Of a stretch of DNA of 64,000 bases, positions 1-8,657 are shown piece by piece; position 1 is the stretch's first letter, and each line of letters begins with the position of its first letter. This DNA is from an uncultured delta proteobacterium (GTDB taxonomy: Bacteria; Myxococcota_A; Polyangia; Palsa-1104): positions 640,001-704,000 of the forward strand of contig CAWAWS010000039.1 in NCBI GenBank assembly GCA_963785725.1, in the 5' to 3' direction. The notes under the pieces were generated by a model that was given only the letters and a program-made list of their open reading frames with translations, searched no databases and was not told where the DNA came from. Both the position numbers and the translations under genes were made by a program.

Positions 1-466
1 CCAGCTCGCCGATGGTGCGCGTCGCCGTCGCCATGCGGCGGCTGAGCGTGAGCGCCAGGTTCACCGCCGTCGACGGATGCAGCTTCAGGTGCTCCAGGAA
101 CGCCTCACGGCCGAGCAGCAGCAGGGTCACGTCGTCGACGGCGCTGACGTTCGCCGCCTGCACCGTCTCCGACAAGAGCGCCTGCTCGCCGAAGATCTCG
201 CCGGGCCCCAGCTGCGCCACGATCAGCTCGCGGCCGCTGTCGCCGACGATGGTGACCTGCACCTGACCGGCGGCGATGAGGTAGAGGCTGTCGGCCGGCT
301 CGTCCTGCGCCAAGATCAGCGTCTCGGCGGGGCGGACGCGCACCACGATCCGTCGCGCCAGATCCTCGAGCGCCGCCGGCGGGCAGCCGCGCAAGAGGGA
401 CATGCGCCCCAAAAGCTCGCGGCGCCGATTGAGCTCATCTTGCAATGCGTAAGCTGCTTGCATCAT
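1..466 (-). CDS. Crp/Fnr-family (MrpC-like) cyclic-nucleotide-binding-domain regulator, 3' end runs off the window
   Basis: Not in the ORF track; translated by hand as MMQAAYALQDELNRRRELLGRMSLLRGCPPAALEDLA...LILAQDEPADSLYLIAAGQVQV...GRELIVAQLGPGEIFGEQALL, a typical cNMP-binding beta-barrel. GGAGG RBS at 480-476. Confidence 0.85.
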   Translation of the reverse strand, partial: MMQAAYALQDELNRRRELLGRMSLLRGCPPAALEDLARRIVVRVRPAETLILAQDEPADSLYLIAAGQVQVTIVGDSGRELIVAQLGPGEIFGEQALLSETVQAANVSAVDDVTLLLLGREAFLEHLKLHPSTAVNLALTLSRRMATATRTIGEL

Positions 467-493
467 AGAATTTCGCCTCCGCCCGCTGTCGTT

Positions 494-510
494 TGCAGGC
501 GGCGCGCCAA
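494..510 (-). promoter_or_regulatory. Putative sigma-54 (-24/-12) promoter of the Crp-family gene
   Basis: Minus strand reads TTGGCGCGCCGCCTGCA (GG-N10-GC; consensus TGGCACG-N4-TTGCA). The implied start site falls just upstream of the RBS. Confidence 0.55.
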
Positions 511-816
511 CGCCAACGGCCTCGCGACTGCCGACGTGAGACCCGTGAAACGCGTGCAAACCGGGTAAAACGGGACGTCAGGCGCTGTCCCTGGGACAGC
601 CCTGGGACGCTCTTGCGGCGGCGTCGCCGCGGGTCAGGCCACCCGAGAAGCCGGCCGCTCGATCCGCCCCGCGGATCTTTGCACCAACGCGAATGTAGCC
701 GTGCAGCTCGGCGCATATCGCACCTGCTGCGACGATTTGTCTAGCGTGATTCGTCGACGGCAACGGCGCGCGTTCGCCGTGCGCGCGGCGATCGGCGGCC
801 GAGACGCGAATAGCCA

Positions 817-836
817 ATGCGAATGATCATTCGTAT
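817..836. promoter_or_regulatory. Palindromic operator candidate upstream of the 898-2328 operon
   Basis: ATGCGAATGATCATTCGTAT, containing a perfect 14-bp dyad CGAATGATCATTCG, about 60 bp before the ATG. Confidence 0.45.
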
Positions 837-897
837 CTTGAACAGGTCGAACGGAGCGGCTGCGCGTAGTCGGTGGCCGTTCAGAAAGGGCTGTTTC

Positions 898-1527
898 ATG
901 CGTATCGCCGTATTGGGAGCCACGGGTCAGACGGGGCGTCAGCTCGTCCGGCAGGCGTTGGCGCGCGGTCATGAGGTGGTGGCGTTGGCGCGCGATCCGC
1001 GCCGGCTCTTACAATCGCCGGCGGTCCCGGCGCTGACCGTCGTCGCCGCCGACGTCTTCGCGCCGGCGACGGTGCGAGCGGCGCTGGTCGGGGTCGACGC
1101 GGTCGTCAGCGGCCTCGGCGCCCGCGGCGGCGTCGACGGCACCTTGGCGGCGGGCGCGAGCGCGGTCGCGGCGGCGGCGATCGGGCGCGTCGTCTGGCTC
1201 GGCAGCCTGGGCACGGGCGCGTCGCGCGGCCGTGGCGGCGCGCTCGTCGACGTGCTCATTCCGCTCGTCCTACGCAAGGAGCTGGCGGACAAGGCGCGCG
1301 GCGAGGCGGTCATCCGCGGCGCCGGCGGGACGGTGGTGCACGCCGGGCCGCTCGGCAACGGCGACGGCGACGGCGGCGGGCGGCTCGTCGCCGTCGCCGA
1401 CTTTCGGGCGCGCTTTTGGCCGCGCGTCATCGCGCGCGCCGACGTGGCGGCGCTGATGCTCGACGAGCTGACGCAGCCCCGACATCGCGGCGAGACGGCG
1501 ATCGCGCTCACTCGCCATCATTCATAG
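898..1527 (+). CDS. NAD(P)-binding oxidoreductase (flavin reductase/BVR-B-like atypical SDR)
   Basis: MRIAVLGATGQTGRQLVRQALARGHEVVALAR Rossmann motif and C-terminal IARADVA. Start moved to ATG 898. Confidence 0.85.
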   Translation: MRIAVLGATGQTGRQLVRQALARGHEVVALARDPRRLLQSPAVPALTVVAADVFAPATVRAALVGVDAVVSGLGARGGVDGTLAAGASAVAAAAIGRVVWLGSLGTGASRGRGGALVDVLIPLVLRKELADKARGEAVIRGAGGTVVHAGPLGNGDGDGGGRLVAVADFRARFWPRVIARADVAALMLDELTQPRHRGETAIALTRHHS

Positions 1528-1536
1528 GAGAAGACC

Positions 1537-2328
1537 ATGACGGAATCGGAGATCTTGCAGCAGATGATTGCGGCGGCGCAGGAGATCGGACGGCGCGTAT
1601 CGGCGGCGCCGCGGCCGCCCAAGTTTCGTACGCTGGCCGAGCTGAAGTCGGTGTTCGGCGACTTCGACAAGCCGCTGCAGCGCGCGCTGTGGGAGCGGCT
1701 GCACGCGCTGGTGCCGGCGGCGGTGTCGTTCGACGAGCTCGAAGGCGACCTGCCCGCGGGCGACGTCTGGATCATCGACGCGCTCGACGGCGCCGTCCAA
1801 TATCTGCACGAGCTGCCGCAGTGGTGCGTGAGCTTGACGCTGGTGCGCGAGCGCCAGCCGGTGCTGGCGGTGCTGCACAGCCCGGCGCTGCAGGAGACCT
1901 ACGCGGCGCGGCGCGGCGGCGGCGCCACGCGCAACGGCGCGGCGATCGTCCCGGCGCACAAGAGCGAGCTGGCGGCAGCCTTCGTGGCCACGAGCACGCC
2001 GCCGTTCGTGGGACGGCTGCCGCGGCAAGTGGAGCTGGCCGGCCGCTCGCTCGCGGTCATGCTGGCCGCGGTCGGCGTCGTGCGCAACTTGGGCGCGACG
2101 TCGTGGCAGGTCGCGGACGTGGCCGGCGGCCGCATCGACGCCTTCTGGGAATATGGCGTCGACGACGTCAACTTGTTGGGCGCGGCGCTCATCGCGCGCG
2201 AGGCCGGCGCCGTCGTCACCGACGCGGCGGGGCAGCCGTGGCGCGCGGGCGCAGGCAGCATCCTCGTCGCCGCGCCGTCGCTGCACGCGCGGCTGCAGGC
2301 GCTGATGCCGGCCGACGCCGCCGGCTGA
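1537..2328 (+). CDS. Inositol monophosphatase family protein (divergent motifs)
   Basis: VWIIDALDGAVQY, ETYAARRGGGATRNG, VAGGRIDAFWE, LIAREAGAVVTD. AGGAG RBS. Confidence 0.85.
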   Translation: MTESEILQQMIAAAQEIGRRVSAAPRPPKFRTLAELKSVFGDFDKPLQRALWERLHALVPAAVSFDELEGDLPAGDVWIIDALDGAVQYLHELPQWCVSLTLVRERQPVLAVLHSPALQETYAARRGGGATRNGAAIVPAHKSELAAAFVATSTPPFVGRLPRQVELAGRSLAVMLAAVGVVRNLGATSWQVADVAGGRIDAFWEYGVDDVNLLGAALIAREAGAVVTDAAGQPWRAGAGSILVAAPSLHARLQALMPADAAG

Positions 2329-2420
2329 ACGCGCCGACGTGACGGCGCGCACAGTCGGTGTTTGATCGGCGGCTGCCGAGCGGCTTCGTGTTCTATGGTG
2401 TGCGTATGCCGGATTCGGCC

Positions 2421-3005
2421 ATGCGTGCTCGCCCGACAGGCGCGGCCGTCTTGGCGCTGCTCGCGGCCATTGCCTCGTCGTCGGCGGCGGCGGACGAGCC
2501 CGCGCCGTTTCCGATTCCCCGAGGCTTCCACTCCGATCCGGTGCAGGCCAAAGCTCACGGCAAGGAGCTGTTCATCACGGATTCGTCGGTCGTGATGACG
2601 TTCGGCCGTGAGCCGTTGCTGTCGATCGATGACGTCGATGGCTTGCTGCGCGCCGGCATGGCAGGACCGGGCGGGTTGGTCGCGCATGCGCACGATTACG
2701 TGTCGCTCGGCGGCGTGCGCGCGCTGCGCTTGCAGCTCGATTATCGCGCTGACGGCCGCGATTATAGACGGGTCGACTATCTCATCCCCATTCGACAGCA
2801 GACCAACGAGCTCAGCTTTACCGTCGATCGCGCCGCGAGTGACGCGCAGCTCGCCCGCTTCGATGCCATCGCGCGCTCGACGCCGGGCCTGCCGCCGCCC
2901 GAGCGGTCGACCGCTTGGTACATCTTTCAGTCGCTCTATATCTTCGCCGTGGCGTTCGGCCTCTTGGCGTTTCGGGCGCGCTGGCGGAAGTCCCGCTCGT
3001 CGTGA
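2421..3005 (+). CDS. Hypothetical exported protein with C-terminal TM anchor, possibly PsbP/DcrB-like fold
   Basis: Signal-like N-terminus (AAVLALLAAIASSSAAA), beta-rich core, hydrophobic C-terminus followed by basic residues. Start could be 2406 or 2421. Confidence 0.6.
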   Translation: MRARPTGAAVLALLAAIASSSAAADEPAPFPIPRGFHSDPVQAKAHGKELFITDSSVVMTFGREPLLSIDDVDGLLRAGMAGPGGLVAHAHDYVSLGGVRALRLQLDYRADGRDYRRVDYLIPIRQQTNELSFTVDRAASDAQLARFDAIARSTPGLPPPERSTAWYIFQSLYIFAVAFGLLAFRARWRKSRSS

Positions 3006-3020
3006 GCTTGCGCGGCGACG

Positions 3021-3737
3021 TCACACGCCCATGCGCGACTTGAAGACGCGGGCCTGACGGCGCGAAATCTCGACTTCGGGGCCGCCGCGCAGCTGCACGT
3101 GCAGTCGACCGCCGAGGCCGAGCTCGACCGCGGCCACGAAGTCCAGGTTGATGAGCTGCTGGCGATTGGCGCGAAAGAAGCGGCGCTCGTCGAGACGCGG
3201 CTCGAGGCTGGCCAGCGAGCGCAAGAGCAGCGGCTGCGCGTCGTTCCAATGCAGCCGCGCGTAGTTGCCTTCGGACGAGATGAGCCGCACCTCGCGCAGC
3301 GGCACGAACCAGCAGCGATCGCCGTCGCGCACGAACAGCTGCTCGATCTGCGCCTCCGCCGTCACGTCGGTCGTCGTCGCGGGCGTCGTCGGGGCGGCGT
3401 GCAGCTTGGTCAGCGCCAGCGCCAGCCGCTCGGGCTCGATGGGCTTGAGCAGGTAGTCGAGCGCGTTGACCTCGAAGGCGCGCACGGCGTGATGGTCATA
3501 GGCGGTCGTGAAGATCACCCGCGGCGCGCGCTCGAGCCGCGCCAGCAAGTCGAAGCCGTCGCCGCCCGGCATCTGAATGTCGAGGAACACGAGGTCGGGC
3601 GCGAGCGCGACGATCTGCGCCTGCGCGGCGTCGATGTTGGCGGCTTCGCCGATGATCTCGATCCAGCTGAACTTGGCCAAAAGGCGGCGCAGCTCGCGGC
3701 GCGCCAACGGCTCATCGTCGACGAGCAGCGCCCTCAC
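3021..3737 (-). CDS. LytTR-family response regulator
   Basis: VRALLVDDEPLARREL, LVFLDIQMP, DYLLKP, FFRANRQQLINL, ISRRQ. GTG start overlaps the kinase TGA (GTGA). Confidence 0.92.
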   Translation of the reverse strand: MRALLVDDEPLARRELRRLLAKFSWIEIIGEAANIDAAQAQIVALAPDLVFLDIQMPGGDGFDLLARLERAPRVIFTTAYDHHAVRAFEVNALDYLLKPIEPERLALALTKLHAAPTTPATTTDVTAEAQIEQLFVRDGDRCWFVPLREVRLISSEGNYARLHWNDAQPLLLRSLASLEPRLDERRFFRANRQQLINLDFVAAVELGLGGRLHVQLRGGPEVEISRRQARVFKSRMGV

Positions 3738-4792
3738 GGCAGACGCTCGATGCGCACGCGCGCCGTGGCGCGACCGGGCTCGGTCAGGTCGAGGTCGAGC
3801 CGCGCCCCGTCGCCGAGGAGCAGCTTCAGCCGGCGCGCGGCGTTGGCGAGGCCGATGCCGGTGTCGTCGTCCGACGCCGCCTTGACGTCCGGCCGCGGAT
3901 GCGCGACGACGATCGTGAGCGCGCCGCCGTCGAGCGCCGCCGTCAGCGTCAGCGTTCCGCCGTCGGGCAAGGGCGCGATGCCGTGCTTGATGGCGTTCTC
4001 GACCAGCGTCGTCAGCAGCATGACCGGGATGCGCGCGCGGCCGGCCGCGGCGTCGATGCGGCGATCGATCGTCAGCCGCTCGCCCAGCCGCAGCTGCTCG
4101 AGCGCCAAGTAGTCGGTCACGATCTCCAGCTCGCGCTCGAGGCTCACCAGCTCCTCCTGCGCGCTCAGCGAATAACGCAGCATGCGCGCCAACTGCGTCA
4201 CGGCAGCTTGCGCGCCTTCGGGATCGTCGGCGATGAGCGCGCGCACGCTGTTGAGCGAATTGAAGAGAAAATGCGGGTTCAGCTGCGACTTGAGCGCGCG
4301 CAGCTCGGCCGCGTGCAAGGCTTCGCCAAGCTGCGCCTGCGCAAGCTCGGTCTCTTGGCGCTGCCGGCGCAAGCGAATGTCGAAGTAGAAGATCGTCCAG
4401 ATGACGAAGATGAGACTCCAGCGCACGATGGCCCGCACCGTCATCGCGACGATGCCGTCGGGGTGGTCGCCGTAGCCGAAGCGCTCGACGACCAAGCCGC
4501 TCAGCACCAACGCCGTGGCCATGACGACGGCGGCGGCGATGACGCGCGGGATGAGGGCGACGGCGGTTCGTTCGTCCCAATTGCGCGCGCGAATGAGGGC
4601 GCGAAAGAGGTGGGTCAAGAGCAGGGCGACGGTAGCGGAGAGCGCGGTTTCGACGAAGGCTCGCGGCGCCGGCATCTCCGACGCCCGCAGGCTGTAGAAA
4701 TTGGTGACCGCGAGCGCGCCCCAGCCGCCGAGCTGGCACAGCCAATAGGCGCGCTGTTGGGTCCGGCTGGGCGCGGGCGAAACGGGCGGCAT
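3734..4792 (-). CDS. LytS/YehU-type membrane sensor histidine kinase
   Basis: Four TM segments, then ELRALKSQLNPHFLFNSLN, LVENAIKHG and GIGLAN. True start is inside the over-long track ORF. Confidence 0.92.
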   Translation of the reverse strand: MPPVSPAPSRTQQRAYWLCQLGGWGALAVTNFYSLRASEMPAPRAFVETALSATVALLLTHLFRALIRARNWDERTAVALIPRVIAAAVVMATALVLSGLVVERFGYGDHPDGIVAMTVRAIVRWSLIFVIWTIFYFDIRLRRQRQETELAQAQLGEALHAAELRALKSQLNPHFLFNSLNSVRALIADDPEGAQAAVTQLARMLRYSLSAQEELVSLERELEIVTDYLALEQLRLGERLTIDRRIDAAAGRARIPVMLLTTLVENAIKHGIAPLPDGGTLTLTAALDGGALTIVVAHPRPDVKAASDDDTGIGLANAARRLKLLLGDGARLDLDLTEPGRATARVRIERLP

Positions 4793-4815
4793 CGGCGGCG
4801 ATTGTAGCGGCAACG

Positions 4816-5847
4816 TCAGCGGGTGGCGCTGTCGGCGATCGATTGGCCGCGCGTCGGCTCGCCGGCGACGACCGGCTTGCCGTCGGCGACGTAGCGCGTG
4901 AACTGCGCCGGCAGGCCCTCGCCGTCGAAGAGCTGCGCCGTCGTCTGCAGGTGATAATGCAGGTGTGGCTCCGTCGAGTGGCCGCTGTTGCCGCACGAGC
5001 CGAGCCGCTGACCGGCCGTGACGCGGTCGCCGACGTGCACGGTGACGCTGCCCGGCTGTAGATGCGCGAGGAACGAGAACTCGCCGTTGCCGTGGTCGAT
5101 GACGACGTGGTTGCCGACGACCTCTTTGTCGTTCATCGTGCCGGGGACGTTCTCGGCGACGTCGTTGCGGACGGCCACGACCGTGCCGGCGCCGGGCGCC
5201 AAGATGGGACGGCCGTAGCAGTAGTAGTCGCTGTTGCGCGTGCCGTCGCCCGAGTGCGTGCTCTCGCCTTTGACGACGAGCAAGTCGTAGGCGAAGCGCT
5301 GCTCGCGGTTGGCGGCGTGATAGTTCTCGGCGAGCGAGCGTCCGCCCCAGCCGACGGCCCACGTGCCATCGAACGGCAAGCGCAGCGGCGTCTTGGTGCG
5401 ATAGTCGAGCTTGGTCGACGGCGCCGGCCCGTCGGGCTTGGCCACCCGAATGCCGAAGCCCATGATGTGATCGTGCGCGTCGAAGCCGATCTTGACCGTG
5501 ACCAGCGACGGCGCCTTGGTGAAATGCGCGGTCCGCACGTAGATGCGCCGGCCGTCCTGACGCTCGATCGCTTCCGCGTCGACGCCGCGCTCGCTGCCCG
5601 CCTGCGTCAGCACGGTGGTGCGAAATGACGCGACCTCGGCGACGCTGCCGAAGTGGGCGCGCAGGCCGTCGTCGCACTGCCGCCAGAAGGCGTCCAGATC
5701 GCCGCGATAGAACGCCTCGGACCAACGACGACCGAGCGCCTTCGTGGCGTCGTCCTCGGACGCGCCGGGCGTCGCCGCCGACGCCGGAGGCGCGTCGCCG
5801 AGCAGCGTCACCAGTAGAAGTAAAGCCGAGCCTAGCCAAGTCTTCAT
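4816..5847 (-). CDS. Secreted M23-family metallopeptidase with N-terminal DUF3887-like domain
   Basis: Signal peptide; NYH...FAYD, GNHVVIDHG, FLAHL and CGNSGHSTEPHLHYHLQ. Confidence 0.9.
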   Translation of the reverse strand: MKTWLGSALLLLVTLLGDAPPASAATPGASEDDATKALGRRWSEAFYRGDLDAFWRQCDDGLRAHFGSVAEVASFRTTVLTQAGSERGVDAEAIERQDGRRIYVRTAHFTKAPSLVTVKIGFDAHDHIMGFGIRVAKPDGPAPSTKLDYRTKTPLRLPFDGTWAVGWGGRSLAENYHAANREQRFAYDLLVVKGESTHSGDGTRNSDYYCYGRPILAPGAGTVVAVRNDVAENVPGTMNDKEVVGNHVVIDHGNGEFSFLAHLQPGSVTVHVGDRVTAGQRLGSCGNSGHSTEPHLHYHLQTTAQLFDGEGLPAQFTRYVADGKPVVAGEPTRGQSIADSATR

Positions 5848-5908
5848 GAGCTCCCCCGTTTGCGTGTCTGTTGGTTGCAGCTGTTTTCAACCTAACGGCT
5901 GCGCGCGC

Positions 5909-5976
5909 GGCGAACGGGGATTTGTGACGAGCGGCCAGGAGCGCGTGACGAACGGTCGCCGGCGGCGGTCGAGCGG
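5909..5976 (-). promoter_or_regulatory. LytTR-type direct-repeat binding sites upstream of the M23-HK-RR operon
   Basis: 9-mers CCGCTCGAC (5968-76), CCGTTCGTC (5947-55) and CCGCTCGTC (5926-34) at 21-bp period, plus CCGTTCGCC (5909-17). This is the 9+12 spacing typical of LytTR sites. Confidence 0.7.
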
Positions 5977-5979
5977 TCG

Positions 5980-7137
5980 TCAGCCGAAGCGAACGCGCAG
6001 CCGCCGTAAGGCTTCGTCGAGCACGGCGTCCTGCTTGGCGAAGCAAAAGCGCACCCAATGGCGAGCGGGCTCGACCTCGTAAAACGCGCTCAACGGAATG
6101 GCGGCGACGCCGACCTCGGTGACGAGATGGCGGCAGAAGTCGACGTCGTGGCCGGCGAAGTCGGTCCCGCGCAGGTCGACGTTGAGGAAGTAGGCGCCTT
6201 GCGCGGGCAAGACGGTGAGGCCGAGCGCGCGCAGGCCGTCGGCCAGCCGATCGCGGCGCCGCTGCAGCTCGCCGGCGAGGCCGCGGTAGAATTCGTCGGG
6301 TTTGTCGAGGCCGAAGGCGACCGCCGCCTGCAGGTTCGGCGGCGTCGTGAACGTCAGGAACTGGTGCGCGCGGGCGATCGGCTGCATGAGCGCGCGCGGG
6401 CCGACGACGAGCCCGACCTTCCAGCCGGTGAGCGAGAACGTCTTGCCGGCGGAGCCGATCTTGATGGTGCGCTCGCGCATGTCGGGCAGCGCGATGAACG
6501 GCTGATGGCGCGCGCCGTCGAACACGATGTGCTCGTAGACCTCGTCGCTGACGACGTAGGCGTCGTGCGCGGCGACGGTGCGCGCCAGCAGCGTCAGCTC
6601 GGCGGACGAGAACACTTTGCCGGCCGGGTTGAGCGGATTGTTGAGCACGACCAGCTTCGTCTTGGCGTTGCAGGCGGCGGCGAGGGCGTCGGCGGTGAGC
6701 GTCCAATCGGGCGGCTGCAAGGTCACGAAGCGCGGGATGCCGCCGGCGCGACGAACCAGCGGCGCATAGGCGTCATAGGCGGGCTGAAAGAGGACGGCTT
6801 CGTCGCCGGGCTCGATGAGCGCCAAGATCGTCGCCGCCAGCGCTTCGGTGGCGCCCGACGTCACGAGGATCTCGGTCTGCCAGTCGAAGTCGAGGCCGTA
6901 GAAGCGCTGCTCGTGGCGCGCGATCGCTTGCCGCAGCGACGGTAAGCCGAGCATCGACGGATATTGGTTCCAGCCGGTCAAGAGCGCTTCCGAGGCGGCG
7001 TGCAGGACATCTTCGGGGCCGCGATCGTCGGGGAAGCCTTGGCCGAGGTTGACCGCGTCGTGCTCGGCGGCGAGGCGCGACATGGCTTCGAAGACGGTGG
7101 TGCCGAGCGCGCGATAGATCGAGTTGGGCGGACGCAT
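5980..7137 (-). CDS. PLP-dependent class I/II aminotransferase (YbdL/kynurenine aminotransferase-like)
   Basis: VNLGQGFPD, VTSGATEAL, NNPLNPAG, SDEVYEH, SAGKTFSLTGWKVG, VRFCFAK. Confidence 0.93.
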   Translation of the reverse strand: MRPPNSIYRALGTTVFEAMSRLAAEHDAVNLGQGFPDDRGPEDVLHAASEALLTGWNQYPSMLGLPSLRQAIARHEQRFYGLDFDWQTEILVTSGATEALAATILALIEPGDEAVLFQPAYDAYAPLVRRAGGIPRFVTLQPPDWTLTADALAAACNAKTKLVVLNNPLNPAGKVFSSAELTLLARTVAAHDAYVVSDEVYEHIVFDGARHQPFIALPDMRERTIKIGSAGKTFSLTGWKVGLVVGPRALMQPIARAHQFLTFTTPPNLQAAVAFGLDKPDEFYRGLAGELQRRRDRLADGLRALGLTVLPAQGAYFLNVDLRGTDFAGHDVDFCRHLVTEVGVAAIPLSAFYEVEPARHWVRFCFAKQDAVLDEALRRLRVRFG

Positions 7138-7194
7138 CGGCGTCAGTTTGCACCGAGGCGGCGGCCGTCGTCGAGGGCGCGGCGTGGGCGCTTT

Positions 7195-7473
7195 TCAGCG
7201 GCGGACAAAGCCGTCGGGGCCGTTGAGCCACACTTCGATGCGCGGCGCGGTCGGGTCGAGCACGACGGCGACGAGATCGGTGCGACCGTCGCCATCGACG
7301 TCGGCGGCGAGCCAACGCTCGCGCGGCGCCGGCGCGCGCAGCCGCTGCGAGCCGGCGATGGCGCCGCCGCGCCACGAGTCGGCCCAGACGCTGCCGTCGG
7401 CCACGGTGGTGCGGACCGCGAGCGTCGTGTGGGGCACCATCGATTGCAGGATCAGGATGAACATCGCCAACAT
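7195..7473 (-). CDS. Small hypothetical protein with one FG-GAP/VCBS-like motif
   Basis: GGAGG RBS, hydrophobic N-terminus and ADVDGDGRTDLVAV...VWLN. Confidence 0.55.
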   Translation of the reverse strand: MLAMFILILQSMVPHTTLAVRTTVADGSVWADSWRGGAIAGSQRLRAPAPRERWLAADVDGDGRTDLVAVVLDPTAPRIEVWLNGPDGFVRR

Positions 7474-7635
7474 GTCGACCTCCGCGAAGGTGACATTGCG
7501 AGCCGCGTACCGCCGGCTAAGTCGGCGCGCGGCGCGGGTTTGGGCGCGCTCGGGGCGCCGCCGGCGTTCGCGTTCGGGACGGCGCGTCCCATTTCCGAAC
7601 AGGCGCGCGCCTTTCAGTTGCGGCGTGCGCGGGAG

Positions 7636-8238
7636 TCAGGCCAGGCCGACGCGCATCAGCTGCGCGCGCAGGTACCAGCCGATTTCGGCGCGGCGACGGA
7701 GCTCGCGGCGCACCGCGGCCAGCCGCACGTGCGCCTCGACCGACGACGAATGAATCGCGACATAACGCCCGAGCGCGTCCTCGGCATCGGACCAGCGCCG
7801 CAGCTTGGCCAGCGCGCGACCGGCCATCAGATACGCGAGCCCATACTGCTGCCGCTCGTTGCGCGCGGCGGCGTCGATGAGCAGCGGCAGCGCCAGGTCG
7901 GGATGGCCCGATTCCAGCTGCGCGATGCCGGTCAAGAGCAGGAGCTCGGCCGACTCCGGGTCGCGCTGGCGCGCTTCGTCGAGCAGCGTGAGCGCGCGGC
8001 GTGGACGCTTCTTGGTCAGCCAGATCTTGGCCAGATCGCGGCGCGCGGTGACGTTGTCGCGATTGGCGCGAATGTCGCGACGGAGCCGGCTGACATGGCC
8101 GGCGTGGCGTAGAAACAGCAGTGGATCGGGCAGCCAGCGCTGGACGAGCCACACGACCGCCACGGCCGCGAGGAGCCACGGATAGCGCAGGGCGTAGCTG
8201 AGGCCGAACAGCAGCAAGTAATAGGCGAGATACCCCAT
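7636..8238 (-). CDS. Membrane-anchored TPR protein
   Basis: Two N-terminal hydrophobic helices followed by TPR-like helical repeats. Confidence 0.8.
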   Translation of the reverse strand: MGYLAYYLLLFGLSYALRYPWLLAAVAVVWLVQRWLPDPLLFLRHAGHVSRLRRDIRANRDNVTARRDLAKIWLTKKRPRRALTLLDEARQRDPESAELLLLTGIAQLESGHPDLALPLLIDAAARNERQQYGLAYLMAGRALAKLRRWSDAEDALGRYVAIHSSSVEAHVRLAAVRRELRRRAEIGWYLRAQLMRVGLA

Positions 8239-8575
8239 TCACGACGCATCTTACGGCATTGGGGCGGCGTCGCCGGTGGGGCCAATCACAATCGACGCCG
8301 CGGGCGCGGCGGTTCGGTCGTGGCCGAGGGGCAGGCGGAAACCCACGCGCCGTTAGCGGGTGGGATGTCGTTCGCGGTGTACGGTGTGGCGGCGTCGCAC
8401 GGGCGCGCGGTGCGCGCGTGCGATGCCGCTCCGTCGCGCCGGCCATCGGTTGAGCGCGCAAGGTGGTGGTTGGTTTATGGCGGGCTCGGTCTCGCAGCGC
8501 CGACGTTCGCCCACAGACGCAACGCTGGAAACGAGCACGGCCGCAGGCGTTAGCACGGTCGCGGGCGCGCCTTCC

Positions 8576-8601
8576 GATACTGAAGCAGTTACTTCAGTGT
8601 C
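8576..8601. repeat. AT-rich palindrome, copy 1 of a dispersed motif
   Basis: GATACTGAAGCAGTTACTTCAGTGTC. Its reverse complement matches 19476-19501 at 22/26. Confidence 0.65.
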
Positions 8602-8657
8602 GCCTGGCGCGCGGTCGATTGCGGCTCGGCCCTTCGGCGCGCGCGCTGCGGCGTCGG

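Noticed and set aside
3021..6706. Track ORFs 3021-4745 and 3734-6706 as single large proteins
   Set aside because: The N-terminal extensions are Arg-rich off-frame readings of upstream genes. True starts are 3737 and 4792.
7497..7512. Sigma-54 promoter for the small 7195-7473 gene
   Set aside because: GG-N10-GC spacing fits (CGGTACGCGGCTCGCA), but the match is weak and expected by chance at this GC content.
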